Source: Hormiphora californensis
Lineage: Eukaryota; Animalia; Ctenophora
Reading direction: 5' to 3'
Length of the DNA: 64,000 bases
NCBI GenBank assembly: GCA_020137815.1
Contig: CM035355.1
Location: 992,001-1,056,000 of the forward strand
The translations under genes and the position numbers were made by a program. Numbering within the stretch: position 1 is the first letter of the stretch; each line of letters starts with the position of its first letter. The notes below the pieces were generated by a model. It was given only the letters and a program-made list of their open reading frames with translations, was not told the origin of the DNA and did no database searches. Shown here in pieces: positions 58,743 through 64,000 of this stretch.

Positions 58743-61700
58743 CCTCATTACCAAGAAGGCCAGAAAAATGGCTTCATGGATACTAAGAACATTCCGCACC
58801 AGAGAACCGGATCATATGCTCCAACTCTACAAGTCCTACGTGAGACCTATTTTAGAGTATTGCTCACCACTATGGGATCCTCACCTCATCGGTGAAATTG
58901 AAAGAGTGGAAGCTGTCCAGAGATCTTTTACGTCAACTATCAAAGGTTGTGAGGATCTGGACTACTGGTCTCGCCTTAAAGCCTTGGGTCTTTGGTCGCT
59001 CCAAAGACGAAGAGAGAGGTTCAAAATCCTCACTATGTGGAAGATATGGAAGGGATTGTTACCTAACCACGGTGATATCAACTTCCGTATGTCCCTAAGG
59101 CGAGGACCCACTGCTGAACGACCGCTAGGGAAGGCCCGACTGAAAGGAGTGAACACACTCATATTCAACGGGTTCACGTCATCTTCCTTAGCACTGTTCA
59201 ACGCTGTACCTGGGAATATCAAGGACAGGGAGACTGCCGCTGGAGTAAAGTCTGCCCTGGATGCCTACCTTTCTAACTTCCCAGACAGCCCACCAGTAAG
59301 AGGATACAGCTGTCCTAACAAGAACAGTATCCTGAGCTGGCCCTCCGCAGGTCTGCCTCATTAAAGGTATACCTCTGGCGCCTAGCGCCTAACTTCTTTC
59401 CATAGGTTTCCATAGGTTTCTCTCTCTCTCTCTCTTTGTGATGTAGAAATGGTTTATAATTACGTAAAGCTGATAGACTTTTTAGATTGTGTGATAAACT
59501 AGACATGTTATCTGCAAAACAACTTTTTTACCACAGACAACACGAGAAACTAGAAAGCTGTGAGGCGTGGGTTTATGGAGTGAAAGGAGAACGAAAAGAT
59601 ATTCTATCTTTAAGCCCAGACATCTTCGGGCTACCACCCCAGATCAAACTACTGGGCCCTGTGCTACGACGACAACTCAAGTACAAGATTCAAGATGAAC
59701 CATACGGGTCTGAGGAGAATAACTTTGTAAGTAAACAGAGGGTATATTGATTATAAACTATCAATTATGGAACTTTTTTTAGAAATTTGGCAAATTTGGG
59801 AAGCTAGCTCAACTCAAAGTTAGGTGCAGGAGGAAGGGTTTCAAGTTTTTATAAAATGAGAAGGCTGTTCAATGTTATAGAATTTCACCTGTACCGTATG
59901 GCTGATAAGAGAGTTGAGGAAGGAAAATAAATGATACGTCACCTTTTGAAATTTAAAACAACTTGAGATGTTAAATGTGGGAAGTTTTGTATTTCCACAG
60001 GAAAGTGACACATAATAACATTAAAGAATGAAGGTGCGGTATTTTATGCATTATATGGAGCTGCAAACCGGAACTGTTAAAATAACATTGTAACACACGT
60101 GAACAAAGTCAACAAAAGACAAGTCACAAGACAGTAATAGTAGTAGTAGTGGTGTGATACCCCTATCAATAGTGGTTGACCACGGTCTTCCTGGAGCTCC
60201 AGCGTCTTAAGTAACGAGCTCTGTGATTCTAGATGGTGGTCAATAACAATTCTGAGCTTCTCCTTGTTCAGAATCAACATAATCATAATAAAATGCCCAG
60301 GTACATTTCGGTCAATTTGCAGACCCGCTATACACTGAGCGTCCTGAGCTGAAGCCGTGGGTTAAACAGGGTTTAGCGTGGAAGGTTCAGGAGTGTACAC
60401 GTGAAACTGACATTATAGAGGACATGGCTACTGAGCACATGCCTATACCTCATTATAAAGGTAATAGTCTTGCAGTTACCCAACACCCATAAAACAATAC
60501 CCGTCCCACCCACCAAAACATGAGCTCTAGCCTCTAAACAACATATTTGATATTTTCCTTGCTAGGTGATGTACCGTTGAGGCTTCGTGAAGTAGGTCTG
60601 AAGATTCTGTTATCCCTCAAATACAGATACAATAGGCTGAAGATTGTGGATGATCTCTCTACCCCCGATAGGTATTTTTCAATGCAATTATATCTTTTTT
60701 AACGATATCTTATCACAGTTTCCTCGGGAGATCACTGTCTGTACAGTGGTAGGTAGACTCGTCATATTATAATTTTGTACAGTAGTTGGACAGTGGTAAT
60801 GATTTGTTATCTTTCCCACTACATCCGACTACATTACAATTTTTGTGCAAACTTCTTTTCACAAACATATATCTGGGTTATTTAGAGTGTGTACCAACTT
60901 TCTTATTTCATTCACCTTTGAGCGCTCTTACACCTCACACACATATCTGCCACTCGATTTGGGCACAACAAACTAATTAATCGACCTTCTATCAACAAAA
61001 TCAAGTCTCCCTATATAGGAAGTACAATTTACTTGCCTAGCTAGACCCTGAACAAAACAACAATCTACCTGGTGTTAATGGCGGTGTTTCCACGCTCACT
61101 TCTCGTATCTTATCCACCGTTCCTTCAATCCTAACAACACCACCCTGCCTCCCTCCACAATCTACCATAAACACATCCTGCCCTTCACTTTCTTTAAATC
61201 CTCCACATTCATAGACACCAATCTCTCCTATAATCACCACCACCGAACCAGGACCTTCCACCCCGGGACCAGGACCTCGGGGACCTTCCACCCACGGTCC
61301 AGTGACAATGGTCACAATTCCAATATTGTCCTCTGCTTCAAGTGTGATTGTTAGAATGGCGGGGTTTTCTCTGGTTACTTCACACCCTGGGTTTATGTAG
61401 GCGAATGTGGAGATGTTGTTGTCTATCGCTAGCTGGCTGTAGAGATAGTGGGTACTGAAGGCTGTGGATGGGGTGATTGGTTTGGCAGGGACTAGGAGAC
61501 CTGAAAAAGGAATTGTGTTACTGATCAGATCTACTGATTTCAGTGTGTGTCTTACCTTGCAAAGATAGTAGTAGACCCAAAATGTGAATCATTCCTGCAG
61601 AGACAACTGACAATAGTGTTACAAATATTAGTGTATCCCAGCCACCCCCTGTCGCCCCTCTGTAATTAGTTATCACGTTGTAACTGAATTTACAGCAATA

Positions 61701-62352
61701 CCACGCATTGGCCTGATCACCCCAGACTAGACGATGATATTTAGCTATCGTGACTGATTATAGGCACATGAGTTCTCGTATATTATGGGAACTAACAATA
61801 CTCCTGAATCAATTATCTCCAGTACACAAGTTACTACAATATCACCCCCTCCAGGTACTTGGAGCCTGCAGAATTTCAGGAACTTCTCCGGGATCAGCTG
61901 GGTGTGCCTGGTAGTTGTTTGTTGATAACTGGCAACCATATCACTCCACACTTTACCCATCCGAGTTGGGCTAGGAAGGAGCCTTTTCCAGCTGTCTCTC
62001 CTGGAGCTCAGCGGCTTTGGCAATCAGCCAGAATAACAACAGGTATACTGTGTAGCGTGTATTACTTTGTAAACGAACATTTTAATTTCTCCAGATCTTG
62101 AATCCACTCTCCGCAGGTTGTGAACTGAGGGAGGTTGCAGGGTTGGACGTGTGGTCAGGTCTCCTATACGATACCCTCATCCTAGACAAATCTGCCGTCA
62201 ACCAGTTAGAAGACACCCTTGCTTCAGTTCCATTTTCCACGCCTAATATTAGTTTGCGGGGTGCTCTGGAGGGGTGTGATACAAGTGGGGCTCTGGGACC
62301 CGCCAGACCGCGACATAAAGTCGTGAGAGTTGTGAACTTGGACAATCTTTGA
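56971..62352 (+). CDS. MRPL4: Mitochondrial ribosomal protein uL4m (divergent); hosts two antisense genes and a LINE fragment in its introns
   Basis: Presequence-like MLATRCLKSVAAAVRC (56971-57095); EAWV...LSPDIFGLPP (59537-~59726); KPWVKQG (60323-60460); VPLRLREVGLKILLSLKY..LKIVD (60566-60671); 61855-62042; GLDVWSGLLYDTLIL...V..LEDTL (62116-62352). Collinear with MRPL4. Confidence 0.8.
57402..58457 (-). CDS. Rv2258c-like class I SAM-dependent methyltransferase with N-terminal winged helix, intronless, nested in MRPL4 intron 1
   Basis: LAEAAGCKERWVREW; motif I VLEPGCGRG; AFPNSTF..FDI; FDY..IFDCMHDLPHP; LY.ISL.HCMSVSLA..GVGLGACWG. Confidence 0.88.
   Translation of the reverse strand: METLGPILVGGHASSAIIAGHYAGLWTTLHASPGKKWTFADLAEAAGCKERWVREWCGVLSCAGVLQLSEGPMVSCSEDISGALLPDSELLCFYTCLEFTMDKEPKIGASFKKDGPLGCPYSDYPNFHPWMENWTRVKNKNTNYPQQFVDSVGPELRAALNKGIRVLEPGCGRGLHVKGMAEAFPNSTFIAFDIAEEVIAQNKEENKIDNIEYIVNDFCNMPEEWNGTFDYLMIFDCMHDLPHPADAMKGLKRVLKEDGMVTMVDINTSTDMVKESKNPISAALYNISLHHCMSVSLAMEGVGLGACWGVEKALEMLREQGGWKEEEISVDLESIVRHAVYRLKKGKGLCA
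58741..59364 (+). mobile_element. 3' fragment of a second CR1-group LINE
   Basis: WILRTFRTR, LYKSYVRPILEYCSPLW.P, VQRSFT, YWSRLK.L.L.SLQRRRER, PD.P...GY; homologous to, but diverged from, the 3' end of the 48.9-51.9 kb LINE. Confidence 0.9.
61037..61592 (-). CDS. Secreted F-type lectin/discoidin-like (galactose-binding fold) protein nested in MRPL4 intron 60672-61854; 3' end uncertain
   Basis: Exon 1 61556-61592 MIHILGLLLSLQ(G), 55-nt GT-AG intron, exon 2 LLVPAKPITPS...LAIDNNISTFAY...ECG...VDCGGRQGGVVRI...IREVSV. The AID.N..T and C..C.G..G..V.I..EV pattern is typical of this fold. Confidence 0.6.
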
Positions 62353-62813
62353 GTTTAAAGTGTGTTTGTTTGTTTGTTGTGGTAATGTGGTAACTTATTA
62401 TACTGTATTTTTATATCGTTCAATTGTGTTGATTATCTGACTGCCAAAACTAACTTATAGGCCTGTCAAAACGTGTTTCAACCTTGAACTCACTAGAGGC
62501 AAGCCAATTCCGGTTGTACATCCTAGGTATAGGTCTCCTGAACATAAAACACCAAAATGTCAGTCTCAATTATTTGGGGGAAGGTGTGTAATTAGCCCCT
62601 AATTGATTGGTAATTGAGCACAAGGGGAAAAAAGCTATATCTATCCTTAGGAAAGGAGTAGAGACAAAATTATTACCACATGACAGAAACCATTAATTGA
62701 TCAATTAACGACGTTAGTTGTTAATTAATACCCAACCCATTGACGACACATCGACACCAACTTGACAGCACATATAACCCCCTCCTTCTCACTCTACAAT
62801 AGGAGCAGCAGTC

Positions 62814-64000
62814 ATGTTGGGTGAAATAGCTTGTGTAGATGAAATTGAGTTTGAGATTGAGATGGCGCTCAACGAACAGAGGGGAATTCTACCTCTTCCC
62901 TTCCCTAAAATGGATAGTAAGTTTAACACAGCTACTCGATACGACATATTTCTCGAGGGAAATACTGGTATTGTTCAACCGATACATATTTTAATATCAG
63001 TTCGGTTTCCCCTTTCTTTAATCTTTACATCCCTCCCCCTCCCAGAATCGAGTGCATCAATATGCAAGTTCTTCCAACGAGGGGTGTGTTACCGGGACAT
63101 ATCGTGCCCTTTCCGTCACACCTCTGGACCCAAGACAGTGGTGTGTAAACATTGGTTGAGGGGCCTGTGTAAGAAGGGGGATGACTGTGAATACCTACAC
63201 GAGTATGATATGACCAAGATGCCAGAATGCTACTTCTTCAGGTGAGATAAATTAGTTATCGGACATTATAGAGTCATAGGGGATTGTTGTGAGAAATCCT
63301 CACGCTTCAGAGGGATTGTGAGGGGGGGGGGGGGTAATTGAAGAGCGGGGAACTTGATGTTTTGCTGATAATAACGGCCAACGGGATAACACTGATATAC
63401 AAAATACAGTTTGGCTATGTGTTATTAATACTCATCTCCTCTCAGTAAATACGGTGAATGTAGCAACAAAGACTGTCAGTATCTTCACATTGATCCAAAC
63501 TCAAAGGTAAAACTAGTTTCCAGTTTCCAGAACCAAATATTCCTCGTGTTGGTCTCCCAGTGTGTCTCCCAGTGTCGGGTGTTATTGTTCCTAAATTTAC
63601 TAAAACAATCCCTTCCCTTTTCAGTTGAAAGATTGTCCCTGGTACGATAGAGGATTTTGTAAGCACGGACCAAGCTGTCGAAATAGGCACATTCGTCGTG
63701 TCATGTGTACAAACTACATGTCAGGTTAGACAAAGATAGAAAGAAAACAGAGACAGACAGGCAGACAGACTCACACGTAGACAGACATGTAGAATTCGAA
63801 TACTAGCGGGCCATAAACCATGTATCCACCCTAGGTTTCTGTCCACTGGGTCCTAAGTGTAAAAGTATGCATCCGAGGTTTGAATTGCCTAAAGTTGAAG
63901 TTAACAACACCTCAAATCGGATCAGATGTCATCAGTGAGTTTTACTTTATCTCGGAGTTTATCTTGTATTTCATATAGACTTCAAGCTCCAGTTTCTCTC
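62814..64000 (+). CDS. CPSF4: CPSF4/CPSF30 (CCCH zinc fingers), 5' exons; continues beyond the window
   Basis: PLPFPKMD, CPFRH..KTVVCKHWLRGLCKKGD.CEYLHEYDMTKMPECYF, GECSNK.C.YLHIDP, DCPWYDRGFCKHGP, GFCP.GP.C...HPRFELP. Confidence 0.96.

Noticed and set aside
58570-59364. 264-aa ORF with hydrophobic N-terminus as a novel gene
   Set aside because: It is a (CT)n tract read into a CR1 LINE 3' fragment.

Overview
Eukaryotic (animal) genomic DNA: compact, intron-rich, with many (CT/GA)n microsatellites and non-autonomous transposons. The organism is probably a ctenophore or another early-branching marine invertebrate. That is an inference from the nested intronic genes, the outron-like acceptors before start codons and a strongly eroded mitochondrial uL4m. 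All ten recognisable host genes lie on the + strand: 3' part of nardilysin (NRDC), a secreted double-Vps62/DUF946-like protein with a possible aerolysin-like tail, a secreted beta-gamma-crystallin, an MPP/PALS1-type MAGUK with a giant exon carrying nine YxxM repeats, intronless TTLL7, AK8, MBOAT7-like, IWS1, MRPL4 and CPSF4 (runs off the window). Three genes are nested antisense in introns: a type I membrane protein, an Rv2258c-like methyltransferase and a secreted F-type-lectin/discoidin-like protein. Mobile DNA includes a CRE-clade retrotransposon 3' half, two CR1-type LINE remnants, a 3.7 kb foldback element with a 5-bp target duplication nested in another MITE, and several MITEs. Several single-base +1 frameshifts in conserved exons most likely reflect assembly errors. 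Exon boundaries were read by eye and protein identities come from recalled family motifs, not database searches.
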